64,000 nt of DNA, taken from the IMG/VR virus record IMGVR_UViG_2974732664_000001, positions 39,833-103,832 of that record. One strand, written 5' to 3'. Source of the stretch: a virus. Taxonomy: Duplodnaviria > Caudoviricetes. The position numbers and the translations under genes are program-made. Positions 28,012 to 41,900 of the stretch are shown here, piece after piece (the first letter of the stretch is position 1; each line of letters opens with the position of its first letter). The notes below the pieces were generated by a model. It made no database searches and was not told the origin of the DNA. It saw only the letters and a program-made list of their open reading frames with translations.

Positions 28012-31000
28012 GACTATCTATATTTTGTTATTATATATTGTATTGCCATAGCTGGATTTGGTTTAATATCTTCTATGCTGCAAATCATGACCTTGCCTCT
28101 AGCTCTATTGCCAAATAATCCATCAGCCCTAGGTATGACAAATCTATGATTATTTTCTCTAAGTGTTATCTACTCTTCTAGACTAGATTCTATTTTCTAA
28201 GATTCTGTCTACCATGTATATTTATGATTTTTTGAGAAATAATCATCATTGTCGCGTATTACATCCTGTAACTATAGATTTTCGTATGTAACAATTTCTT
28301 GATTGTCAAACACCTTTGTAACCAACGGCTATTGAGCAACAACATATTTAACGTAACTTGAAAGTAACTACTGATTTGTTGATTTAGGCGATTCGTCTAG
28401 ATAATCGTACTAATACACACATACAGTATCATTCTTCTTTACAAGGTATTCTCCATTAAAGAACTATATAGCTCCATCAAACGGAATAGTTAGTGTTGAC
28501 GTGAATTTTCCAAGCATTTCATTGTATACGATTTGCATATCATCGCTTAAAATATTGAATACAACTTCATTGTATCTATTGTTGTAGAATACCTTAAAGT
28601 TATCGTTCTTTTTATACTTGTTCAGTATATTCTATACTTTACCTTGTTTTGAAAGCTATACTACGCTCTATCCGTCGAATAAGCAGATTACATTATTATG
28701 ACTATCAAACCAATATAAACCACCTGTAGTACATACTGAACAGAATTGCTGCTTATGCATTCCATAAGTATTGCTGTAGTAGTCATATCTATCAAGTACT
28801 CCTCCAGTTCCTAATACTATGTTTTGTCCAGAATTGTCTGTAGCAACACTACGGTCATTAACACTGAGTACACCAAATGATTGCTCCTAGAAAAATGTAA
28901 GAACATTCTTAAATGTACATATATCAGTTATAGGGCCATATTCCTAATCGACGTCTATAAAATTAGAGCTTCTAAATTTACACCAGCTATCTATAATTTC
29001 ATCATTCTGTTTTAAATCAGAATAATATACTCTTGTATCTATAGTTTTATTATAATCTTGTGGATTAAGATCATCGTATGCAGCAAACGGCATACTTGTA
29101 TTCTATACACTGTAGACAGAATTATAAACGTATTCAGGCTCTTTCTGTACGTAAGCTTCTGTTATTTCACACGGTTCAGACTGTATAAAAGATGCGTAAT
29201 TGTCTCTTGCGCTAGAACTAAGTGTCCATCCATGTTGAAATTTGCACCATATATTTGATTCTGTTGGTATAGAGTATGTTATCATATGAGTATTAGGGAA
29301 TTGTAATTCATCCTTTCCGTTCTTTGTATAAGCTCCATACACTTTATGCATAGATGTATATTCGAATGTCTCTACGTGACAATCTCCATCAAATACTGTA
29401 TTCCATTTATTTTCAGACTCAAAGTAATTACCATCTCCGTAATATATATTCGTAAGTCTATTTGTAAACGAATACCCACCATAAGGAGTTGTTTGCTATC
29501 TAAGATTGGTTAGGTATGTTCCAAGTAGAGTTGGCCTAATTACTTTTGTGATCATACCAAAATCACTAGATTCTGTCTAATATAGCTCTTCTTCTAGACT
29601 ATCATAATAATTACCATTCTTAGGATAATAATAAGAAAATGCACCAGCTGTACCATTTTCTTTATACTAACAACTTAACAATAAGCACTTTCCACCAGTT
29701 CCAAAACATGCATTTTTATTGAACTTTGCATGAGTTCCATCGCCTTTAAATCCTCCACTATAATTACCAAACTATTCAAATATATTACCATTAGTATCAT
29801 TGCAAATTCCGCCGGTAATCATATTTGTAAATAGCGCTCCACCGGAAGAAATAGCATAATTAGTGTACGTTTTTGATGAGGCCTATTCGTTATTATCTTT
29901 GTTAAAGTTTCTTTTGAACGCCTAATCCCATTTTATTTGATCAACTAACTAAAAGTCCTATATATAATTTATCTAAGATTTTCCAAACCAATCATCATTA
30001 GATGCAAAATTACCATCAAAAAAATCCTATACACCAGCACTCTGTTCGTACAATTTTATATAAGCAAAAGCCTTCTGTATTATGAATTTGCCAGATTTTT
30101 CCTTTCTTTTATTAGCAGACTAGTCATCATTGTTATATAGTCTATCAAAATTTAAAATGCAATCTTTTATTAATGCATAGGAATATGGCCTATCATATCC
30201 AAGACCACCAATAGAAGCATGATCGATCTTTGAACCAATCATTGTTATACCTTTATTTTTATACGACTAAGGATTAGTCCTGTAAAAATAACTTGGATTA
30301 TATGGTGCGTCTAAATAGCATATTGTACTACTTTTTACAATATCGTTTTTAACATCTATATCATTAACATGGAAAGTTCCCCTTGCGTCACCATTATCTT
30401 TTGGTCCAGTAAATAATTCTACAGCACAGTTTGAAATGCATGGTATTACAAACTTAAAATTTCTCCTATCGTTATAACCAATCAACATTCCATAATCTGT
30501 ATTTGCACCTCCATTCTTAGGAGAATCATACTAGTCGTCATTAAATTTATGATCGCCTCTTGCTCCAAATAAAAAAGACTATTTTTGCAAATAATATTTT
30601 TTGTCTTTTGTAAATTGTTTAAACGATTCTGGTTGATAACAAACTTCCTTTGAAACAAATTGCAATAATTTGTCGTTATCTATGTTTGTCATACATTGTG
30701 ATGCAAGATCACCTCCGTCGCCAACAAGCTAATTATGCACATCGTAGCCTTCTATAAACTTATTTGTTGTTAAAAACCCTGTTGGGCAAAACATATGATA
30801 CTTAGTTACATAATATTCATTATTTTTCCCTTCATACTGTCTACTATAAGCATTAGATACAGGAGAACTAAGTACACCTTGTGATATTGTAGCGATATCA
30901 GATTCATGTCTAGCACATCTAACTATCTGGTAACCAGTACAGCCTTCTGGTAAACTTTTTACCATAAATTGTATTCCAAGATTTCTGATAACTAGTTCGT

Positions 31001-32696
31001 AACACTTGCCATTAACGATAGTATTTGACGACATTAACTAGAAACCTTCTTCAGTTACATTTGGGGTTCTTATATCAGCAATCCATTTAACTGAAGAAGC
31101 TTGGCAATATTTATCATACAAAACAATTCCGTAACGATAAATCTCATTTCGTCTAAGTGACTTTATTAACCATGTGTTTTTATTTATTCCAGGATCAAAT
31201 TCTGCTTTCTATATTATGGATGGTTTAAAATTTTTATCAATGTAAAAAACATAATTTTGCTATATGTTTTCTTTCTGAGAATAATTGTATAGCGTTCCTA
31301 TCTTTCTTGTATTGTTTTCTTTTATGCAAGAATCTTCTACCTAAGAAGAAATAACAAATCTCCATTCTATATTTTTACCAGATCCTCCAACCCATCTATA
31401 TTCTGAATCGAATACAAAATTAGCAGAATACAATGAAGCTTCTTTATTTATGTTGTTATAAGTACCATCATAACAATCATGGTCAAATGGAGGAACTGCA
31501 ACAGAGTCGTCTTCTATGTCTTTGCCGTGTGCATCTATTATAAATGAGTTATTACCATTAACGTCTGTTAAAGTACTAGTATTTAGGTAATTGAACCTAA
31601 ATGCTCTAGCGTCCCATTTATCGAAATCCTTAATAGTAGTCTATATTGTCTTTGTGTTTGCTGCAAACAGAAAACCATCTTTAGATGCTAGTGAATTAGG
31701 TATTATTCTAACACCTTGTAATGAATTTAACTCTTCAACACTGATATGTTCTATTGGATCATTACCAACATCATTTATAACTATATCTGTAGAATCTTGT
31801 TCATTAAAGTCTACTTTAGCGTCATATATTACAGATACTATTGGCATCTATCCGTTTTGCGTATACTGTACTCTAAATACTTTAATATAATCAAGATGCC
31901 AATAATTACTAGGAATTTGTATAGATATCTTTACTCCACAATTTGATATAGAACCCTGTTTACCGCCGCACTTTACATATTTGCTGTCGAAATCATAATT
32001 ACCAATTGGTATTTGCTAACATTGTATAGATGCTCCTGTATGTATTCCGTATCTATTGTACAGCTAATAACAATAACTTACAACGCCAAATTCTATTTTT
32101 CCTGGCACATACTCTTCAAATATCGGTGGTTTACAAACTGCTTCTGGATAAGATAAGCATTTGTTAAGATCATCATATAAAAAATCATTGCTTATATTAA
32201 AAACCATTATAGGATGTATTGAATCTGCTAAGTATAGCTTGATGTTGTTTTCGCTCTCATAATTAAGCTGAATATCAAATACATCTGGATACTTCTACCC
32301 TTTATCTAAGGGCAATAATGGCGCATTTGCAACAAGACTTCTTTTCTATATATTATTGAAGTCCTAGTCATGCACTGTTCCGCCTATTGCGTTTTTAAAA
32401 CTATAGATCTTAAGTCTATTTTCATTTTCATCAATGCAAACAACTACTCCGTAATCTCTTATTGAACCAGTGGCAACAACTTTGTTGCTCTCGCCAGCAA
32501 ATGATCCAGCTAATTTTACACCCTAGACTGGCATTAATGATCCATGTCTATTATCTCTGCCTTCTCCACCTCTATATGATGATATTTTTATATTTCTAGC
32601 ATCAATATACTAGTTTGTGGCAACAACAGAGAGATCATCATCACTATTTAATCCTCCTGCAAAACTATTAATTTGTGGTTCAGTATTAGTATCCAT
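28002..32696 (-). CDS. tail muzzle/stabilisation protein (P22 gp10-like, ~1564 aa, code 15)
   Basis: N-terminus QINSFAGGLNSD...YIDARNI and SLRRNEIYRYGIVLYD are characteristic of the crAss muzzle protein; synteny agrees. Confidence 0.85.
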
Positions 32697-33549
32697 AGCA
32701 ATAATCGTTAAAGTTTAACTATTTCTTTCCGGTGTTATTAAAGAAGTTCTCGTCATCATCCCACTCTGGTATAAGCTTAGTCCACTCATTCTTAATAGTA
32801 AGCATTTCACTTTCGTTTGGCATCATTGCTTCAGCGTAAGCCTGGTTTCTATAGAAATTCCACTGCTACTGTATGTAGAAGTATGTGTTATAATTATATC
32901 TAGCTTTTCCACCAAGTGATCCTCTAAGGAACTTTGGAAAGCTTAACTTCATCATTACATACCAGTATATAGCTTCCTAATATGAAGCTAAGTCTGGGAT
33001 AAGCGGATAGCCCCTTTCGTCTGTAGCTATTGCCTTGTATGACAATTTAACAAAACCTTTATCTTTATTAAAGACTATCCAACCTGGTTTAATCCAGTAT
33101 GTAGGAACATCTACTTTATTGTCTCTAATAGCATCCATTAGTGTAGTGCTACCATTGATTCCTAAAAGCTACGATCTATGCGTAGGCAGCATTACTCCAG
33201 CTGGTTGTTCTGGGTGATAGTGATGTATATGCTTTGTGTTAGCTTTAGACTTAAATGAGCTTTCATCTTTTAGTGCCTATACCCAATTTGTTCCATTGTT
33301 TGAATAGGCTACAGTTGTCAATGACTCTAAGTCTTCTGGTATTGGAACTTGATGTTCGTGTATTTCAAATATTGGAACGCAATCTTCACCAGACTCTTTC
33401 TATACATACTATACAGGAGCACCAATCTTCTCAACAGCTTCAAAGATCCATTCTCGTATATCTGTAATACGTATGTTCTTTTCTTGCATGTTTGAGTCAG
33501 CCATAATTTTAGCTATAACTGACTCACATTTTGTATATTTGTATATCAT
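32686..33549 (-). CDS. tail ring protein 1 (tubular, P22 gp4-like; 287 aa)
   Basis: MIYKYTKCESVIAKIMAD...EWIFEAVEKIG; WNFYRNQAYAEAMMP; lies upstream of the muzzle. Confidence 0.8.
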
Positions 33550-33994
33550 CTATATTTATATAATCTTGTTTATTAAATATAAGTTGAGCAAGGTGCCTTT
33601 TGTTTTCTCTAACCATACATAGCTAGTATTTATATCTATCAGAAAATACCCTGGGTATTTTTGACCAATATAATCTATATTTGTATCCATTAGAGTGCTC
33701 GTTTAAATGATAAACCCTTTTACCTACTTCTTTTGTTGATTTATAATCTGTAGACAATGACTAATCAGAATAGCTCTTAGGTTTATATTTTACTATGCAT
33801 ATAGTACCTAGCCCATAAGGCATTTTAAATGGCTGTGAGCGCTCTAAAATCTCTTCCTTGACAACTTTATTAAATTCGTCTATAATGCGCTTATATCGCG
33901 CGTAATTAAGCTCTACATCGTTCTTTTTAATGTAGTCTCTATATATATCAGCTATTGTATAACTTTTCTTATTCTTCCTTATCTTGAGGACCAT
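33524..33994 (-). CDS. crAss IHF/HU-like conserved protein (156 aa)
   Basis: FKMPYGLGTICIVK, DYKSTKEVGKRVYHLNEHSNGYKYRLYW; conserved position between ring genes. Confidence 0.7.
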
Positions 33995-34661
33995 TTGGTT
34001 TAACGCTTGCTAATGTTGAGTTGTTACTATCGTCACTAGGCCTCTTAAGCATAAACGCTAATTCGTTAATCATGATAGCTTTTTTAATATCTGGTATCAT
34101 CCATCCAGGTATCATTATATCATCTTCACTACCAGCTGTTTGTGTTGGGTCAAATATTCCTGTAACGTATATGTATTTAAAGTTTTCTGAACCATTACCA
34201 TCAACGTATATATACTAATCATCAAACCAACACATAGGTTCATTGTATGTATACCTTCTAAAATTATGATAATGCTTTCTAGATTTACTCATAATCTGTA
34301 TAACGCAACCACTAACATCAGTAACGTTAACTATGTCGTCGCTACTATTCTCCATTGTATACAGCTTATTTTTTGTTCTCTTTAGTTTACCACAACGACA
34401 GCAGCAACAGTCCTTTGACCCAGAATCTGGGTCGTCTATAAGTTCAAGTGGTCCAATAGTTGATAACTAGCTATCATCCGGATCCTCGTCATCACCGGTC
34501 TCAGCATCTTTATCATTTTCTTTCTTAGACAAATAAGCTTTATACTACATTATCCAAGATAAGATCTAATCTCTAGACATGTCCTCACTCTCACTTATGT
34601 TGTTATTTCGTACAATAAGAAGTATGTCATCTATCAATGTACGAGCTGAGAATGTTTTCAT
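33969..34661 (-). CDS. tail ring protein 2 (230 aa)
   Basis: LIDDILLIVRNNNISESED..., YIYVTGIFDP, PSDDSNNS. Confidence 0.75.
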
Positions 34662-35308
34662 ATTGCTTCTATTATTCTTATACTGTCTTCTTTAAGTATG
34701 TCATTCGTATTACGTATCTTGTATTTATACACATCTTTCTTTTTCCAGTCAAATGTTATCAATCTCTTAAAGAAGTTCTTTTTGTTTTTATATTCTCTAT
34801 GCTTATAAACGTAGAGGTACTAAGTGTTCTATACATCTAACTTGATATTAACACTATCTTTACCGATTGTATAGTATACTTTAGTTAGGTTGTTATATTG
34901 TAAACTATCCTTATAAACAGAGTCTTTAAGTATAGTTATAATATCACCCCCTACCCCCTTACTCTTATTAACGTTTATAATCTACTTCTAAGTTGCCGCT
35001 ACCTAAATTTCTTTGCTTTTTAGCTTTTCTGTCTTGCGTACAGAATCCAACTACTACACAAGATTATCGTTATAATCTTTAAGCTTTTTCATATCTAGCC
35101 TTAAAACACCAGAAGCCTACTAGGCACCGCTTAAGGCATCCTAATAGGCTTCGATGTTATTATTAGCCATTTTAAGCTCCTGTGAGAGCCTATTAGCTTT
35201 GTTGTGGTAGAATATACCAGACGCTACACAAAAGGCTATTAGAAGCCCACAAATGGCATTAAGCAGCGTTTTGTAGTTGTTCTTTATTTTGCTTAATATC
35301 TACTACAT
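34658..35308 (-). CDS. putative spanin-like lysis protein (DUF6549-like, 216 aa)
   Basis: N-terminal TM helix, coiled coil, then a beta-rich region with KNFFKRLITFDWKK. Follows the holin and begins ATG-TAG-TAG. Confidence 0.65.
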
Positions 35309-35564
35309 CACAATTGCTTTCATTATTAGTTAAACACTCTTTTAAATATGTTTTTATCTCACCAAACTTACCTTGTATATAAATAGATACTCCATATATA
35401 CTAGCTGAATAAACTAATGTTTGGGCTACAAACCCTAGTACACCTGTGGAGATTTCACCATATTGTAAATACTGCACCCAGGTGAGAACCTAACCGCTTA
35501 AAAACGCGAGGCATGCGGTTGAATACTAAATCTTCTCGCGCCATGTTCCTGTTACATTGTTCAT
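35259..35564 (-). CDS. putative holin (101 aa)
   Basis: Two hydrophobic helices, GEISTGVLGFVAQTLVYSASIYGVSIY, charged C-terminus; ATGA-coupled to the endolysin. Confidence 0.7.
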
Positions 35565-35986
35565 TTTATCTCAATAGTTACATTTCCGTTAGAACAAGCT
35601 TCCTTTATTATTGGATAAAACTTGTTTATAGTAGCTCTTGAGTTAAGGACTTTTCCAACCTATTTGTTTTTGCCGAGAATCAAACAGCCTTCAGTGTCAG
35701 CGCTTGTGTTTCCTGCGTGAATACGTATACCTTCAAATGATGGAACGTTCATCAACTGTGGTGTATACTTCTTAAACCTAGGTGAATATGTCCACTTGAT
35801 CTCATAAGTTCCGTAAGGTATTGCCGTTTTGGAATGTACCTTTTTCTCTCCATTGTCAAATTTGCCATTCTTATTGAGGTCTCTTACAGTATCTTCTATA
35901 GTGTCGCAAAAATATACATCGTCTATATAAAGTTTTCCTATAGTGTAAGTTGGACGGAGAGCTATTCTTTTTAATGTTAATTTCAT
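35561..35986 (-). CDS. DUF5675 family protein, putative endolysin (141 aa)
   Basis: YTIGKLYID, TAIPYGTY, FEGIRIHAGNT..DTEGCLILG (L,D-transpeptidase-like H/C motif); one TAG near the C-terminus. Confidence 0.8.
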
Positions 35987-38900
35987 ATTATACTTACTCC
36001 AGTTTCTTTATAGTATTTTAAACTTTCTCCAGAATTCTAAATATTAGCAGTAGTTATAGTTATATCCTATTTTATATCTGCAAACATCTTATTAACAATA
36101 CTACTATTTGCTGCAGGCCATTTTATAAAGCTAGATGTATGGTTACCAACATTTTCTCCCCACGTTGATACAATTTTAGCATTATTAGAAGCCATTTTAC
36201 AATTAGATATATAATATGTACCAGCAAATATTGGGCCGTTTAATACACATAATAAGTTTGTATACAACATCTGGTCTAGCGTAATTGATGAGAATCTAGT
36301 CATATCAAATCCTTCAACAAGGTTTCCGTTATTATAGGAACAAGCCAAATTTAATCTAGCTTCTCCAGAATAACTTCCATAATCTATACCACAAATCATA
36401 CAACTATTATTAAACGCATTGCTCAATGTGGATGTTGTAGAAGGTATTGACTCATTGAATATCACAAATGAATAATTGTGTATTGTATGTGTGCCAGATT
36501 TGCTATCCTATAATATAACGGGCTGCGCTCCAAACGCATAATTCAAAGCAGAATATGTAGTATAGTTTTTAGGATACTAAACATATACATTTGTTGTTTC
36601 GTTTCCAGATGTTGTAGAACCTACTAGACGAGGTATAATTACCTGGTTGTTAAATACGCCGGTTACAATACCAGACCTATTTGCTTTAAAAATATTTTCA
36701 GGTATAATTCCAGCCATTGCATTAGACGTATTATCTTTAGCAAATGCATAACTATAGTCTGTTATACCATTATCTCCACTATCTGAAGTATGAGAAGTTG
36801 CTGCACAATAAAAGAAATCTGGTGGAATAATCAAGTTGTTTACGCCTCCATCAGGAACCTATCCATTATTAAACGTTGCGCCATTTCCAAGATTATATGA
36901 AGCCTAATATCCACCTTCCAATTCCTATGTATCAGTAAGCTCTGTGCAGTGATTAATAGTATGTTTTGTATATGTATATTCTTCAGTTTCCGGATCCTAT
37001 GTGCGAGTATAATATTCCATATACGCAGTCTGATCGCTTGTGTCATTATTCTTTGCACAGTTGTCTGGAATTTCTGTGGTCATATCAAACTACTATGCAC
37101 CACTCTATGGACTAACATTGTAAAATACATGAGAGAAGCTCCAGATTTTATAAGTGTTATCTCTTCCGTATCTATAATCATGCAGAGTTGCAGGCTTATA
37201 CTCATTGCCAATCTTTATGAATACCTAAGTATTAATATTGTCATATCTCTTTCTAAAGAAATCAAATGGTATAGGTTTTGCTAAAGATATATTTGCAAAG
37301 CAATATCTAACATCTTGTATTTTAGGTAATTTAGAGAAGAAGTTGTCATCCAATCTTAATGCTCCATTATCACACTTAGCACCATCGAACGTATGTCGCA
37401 TATATTTTGCGTTTGAATTTATTGTAGGTAAACTTCCAAACGTTAAATCTCCATCAGTTTCGGTTATATTTGTATTATAGAATAAGTTACTAAGATTCTC
37501 TTTGTTGTGCTTAATGTACAGATTACATATATCTCTATAGTGTGCCAATGAAACATGGGCTTTAAAGTTATAGCATCCGTAATCATGTCTATATTGATCT
37601 GTTAAGAATCCACCGTGACTTCTTGGAACAAACTTCTCCCAATTAATAAACTCCCATAAATCAATATCATCGGTACTTCTTCCATCTTGCGATAAACATG
37701 TTTCAATGTTGTCTATATTTGGTAGGTCATAAAGTAAGCCATCAAGGTTTACACTATAACAATTAAGGAAGCTTGCGCGCAAAGTTGTTAATGATGTCCA
37801 ATTAGAGTTGAATAATTCATTCAAATCAACCTTGTATGAGTTAGATATATTAAAGTCCTATATTCTCCAAAGTTTCTTAGGAGACACACCGTTAGGATTC
37901 CATATATCTTTAGCAGATATAATTTCGGATGTTGATATATCGTTACCGGTAGTTGGATCCATTGGTATCTAAAATTCATGGTCTCCATTAAAGTCATCAC
38001 CACCCCAATCTGTCATCTTTGATACACAGTGTTCAAAACAGTCTGTAGCCATTCTTGAAGTATGTGTACAAAATAACTAACTATACGAACATCCTGATGG
38101 ACTACCGAAATTATACAACTCTTTAAAGTGTACATTTATACCTGTATAAAGATACATCTAACTAGCATTAGTAACCTTGTTTAAAGCTGATGGATCTATA
38201 GGGCTTTTAAATACACCTTCTATTATGCACTTCTTATAATCATCTTGTGTAAACCTAACACTAGAATGAGCAAACATTAAACTAGTGTTAGTAATGTTGT
38301 TATCTTCTGGAATAGAATGTGCAAAAAAGTTTGCTACAAATTCAAGATCAACACCACTTCTTTCAAATGCACTATTTAAAGACGTTGTATCAGGTTTTAC
38401 TGATAACTCTGTATAATCTCCACTCTAATTTAAACCATGATAATTAAAACAGTTATAGAACGTATATGGCCCAATATATAGAGGTGTAGCATCAACGGTC
38501 TAAAGACCTGTAACATTCTCGAAGCAGTGATTTATAGCTGAAATATTTGGAGGAAGGATAACATGCTTTATATTTGTGCTATTCTAGAAACATACATTCT
38601 AAAGATGTGTTGAGTTATGCAAGTCTACAGTATTATTAACGGTTGCACCAGTATTATCTTTGATACAAAGCTAACCATGTATGCAATTTGTTACAGATAT
38701 ACTCTTAGGGTAAATCTATACATTAGAATGGTTGTCATACTCTGTAATTGTAACGGTTCTAAGCTTAGGACAATTGTTTATATTTATTGTTTCAAAACCT
38801 TGTAGTGTTATAGTCTCAACAGAATTGTCACCAGAAAGAGTAAAACTACCGCCACTCTCAATGCAGCTTAAATTAAAGTTTGTGATATTCGTTTTATTAT

Positions 38901-41900
38901 TGAACGACAAGTTCTTGTATTGCCCCTATATCTATGACCACTGAAGCGTCTAAATCTAACTATTGTCTACAGAGAAACTGGTGATATTAGTACAGTTTGT
39001 TATAACAATACTTGCTCCTGGGTTTTTAATATTACTAACATTAACAGTTGCTACATTTAAACCATTCGCAGTTAAACCCATTTTTGATCCGCTAAGATTA
39101 ATAGAGCTTAGGTTCGGATAATTGTCAGCTCCATTAAGTGTTAATGTTGCAGTATAACCAGGTGATGTTAAATTGATCTCCTTAACGCTAGGTGTATCAA
39201 AAGAGAAACTTCCAAATGTATTCGAAGAACCGTTTATTGATTCAAGTTTATCAGACCCAATGTACAAACCAGTCTAAGCATTTCCTTCTATCCAGTTTAT
39301 ATTTTCAAGATAAGACCATAGCTAAGAACCTCCAACCTTAACACCTTGCACACCGGTTGTTTTAATGTCGACCTATTGATAATTATCTCCACCAATTATA
39401 TAGTTTGCAATAACCGAGTTAGCCTTAGTAATCTGTAAAGGAGAAAATTTAGGACATTTAATCTTAAAGCTAGCATTTGAACCAAGCTGAATACCGGCAG
39501 AAGAACTTCCAGAAGAGAATATGTCTCTAAGGATAATTATATCTTGATTCATAGGTACAGAATAGTTTGCGGCGTTATAAGTAAGATCGTATACGATGTT
39601 TTCAACATTTGGATCGCTACTTAGATTTATGTCCTTCCACTATCCGTCATCATCTCTATATTGTATAGGAACACCTATGCTTGAGTTAATATTAAAGTAT
39701 GCATCAAGGATGTGCAATCTACCATTAAACCAATCTCTTACATAGTTGATTCTGGTTCCGTTAAACTTCTGGTAATCAATAGGATTCCATTGCGTACCCG
39801 AACCATCGAGTGCAAGATATTTAGATCTATAGTTGTATGTTACAAGTAGGCTATTTATAGAACCGAGATTATTAGCGTAGAAATTATCTACAAAATAATC
39901 AGCATTTTTTAGAATGCCTTCGTGAGTCTTGTTGTTTATAACATTACTTCTCCATTTTGCATACAATTCTTGCGGATAGTTAACCGTATACTATTCGTCG
40001 TCCTTAAATATTAATCTTGCATATTTAGCGACTGCAAATAAATATGATGAAGGAACATCGAATCCGTTTGACCCAAGTGTAGATGGTGAAAAGTCTCTGT
40101 ATATATTTACATTATCTGGATAATCAACACCGTATTGAGTTTTCTTTAATTGTCCATCCCAATAGTCTGAGAAAGCAAAATAAGAAATTTTACCACCGCT
40201 ATTGTTAATACCTAAACATGTATCCATATCATAGAACGCTGTTACCCAAGTTGTACCAGCAGAATTCTTGCCAGACCACGTCTTAATATTAAGATTCTTC
40301 ATTACACTATCAACAAGACCAAGAACCATACATATTGTATAATACTCGGATATTGACTAGAAGTTTAACTCTGATGGCCTATTGTTATCCATATCTGGTA
40401 TACAAAGATCTCTTAAATTATTCTGTGTTCCAGGACTAATAGTGCTCTTCAACACGTATTTCCAACTTGAACCATCAGATCTTCTTTGATACTATTTAGT
40501 ATAATCTGGAACCATATTTAATGATTTTCCAGTTTTGTTTCCGGATTCATCAAGCTCTTCTGCAGAATATCCATTTTCATAAGAGCCTCTTACCTTCTTT
40601 AGGTAGTCAAATAAATAGCCACCTCCAAGCGTCACTGATTTTACTAGCTTTTGTATAGATTCCTACAGTTCTGCTTCAGAAAAGTTTGAGCCATGAACAA
40701 GGTCTCCAAACATGTATGTGTTATCGTTCTCTTTGTTCTGCTAAAATAATATAGTAGAATCATACTGTGAGAAGTCAAAGTAGTTAGAACCGCCCTAAAT
40801 TTCAGCAACACCAAGACCTTCTCTCAACGTATTATCATCGTTATTTATTTTATAAAACACAAAGTCTTTTCCGCTACCAGTTAATGTAGTCTTGTCACCA
40901 AATACTCTAAGATCTTTATAGCCGAGATTAAAATACGACTCACGACCAAGGTTAAAGTTATATACTCCAAAGTAATAATAAACGTCATCTTTGAGCCCTG
41001 TATCAGGATTTTCTGTAACAATATGCATAAACAAAAGTATAGGAAATCCCTCAAGGCAGTTCTTTATGTACGGCTTAAATACACTATCTTCACTAATACT
41101 ATCGCTAAATTTTTCACAAACTGTGTTTACAAACTTTCCGCAAGTTGTATTATTTGAGTGAGAGCTATCAACGACATCAGCTTTTAATGTAAACTACGTT
41201 TCTGGTAAAAATGTCTCAGGGTTATTTTGATTGAAATTAGGAGAATACAAGTAAACGTCAGCAGTTTCAGATTGGTCTGTATTTTCTATTTCCAATGTAA
41301 AGTTTTTTACTCTATACAATTTTGTAGAAGAACCTTGTAACGATGCCCTAAACTGTGCATTAGTAAACGAATCTGGTACCTTAACTTCTGTTAACGCAGA
41401 TCTTCCAGGACTCCATTCAATTGATACAGGGAAATTAAGATCGGATCCTTCACCGGTTCCATCCTCACCATAATTTTTCTCGAGCCTCTATATCATTGGA
41501 GTTCCGGTACCATTGTCTTGGCACGTCATAACAAGAACAGGAGTTGACGTATTTGCAGCAATATCGCTAATTGTTGCACCGTCTATAATAATTCTACCAT
41601 TTGTTCCAACATTAAACTTTTTTAAATATTGCTTTAAAATAAGTTCTTGCTAAAACTATTCGCTTTGTTCGCGAATTATCTCATATCTATATTTAAGATA
41701 ATATTGATATACGTCGTAATCTCCATTTTCTCCAATATCAGACACAGGAAGATAATCAACATCTATTGTGTTAATGTAAACGTTAACTGGATTTATCTGC
41801 AATTGTTTTACAATCAATGGCGCGTTGAACAAACTAGAGAATGACGCCTCCATTCTTCCATCAATATATATAGAAGTGTCATAGTATGAGTCATTGCCAT

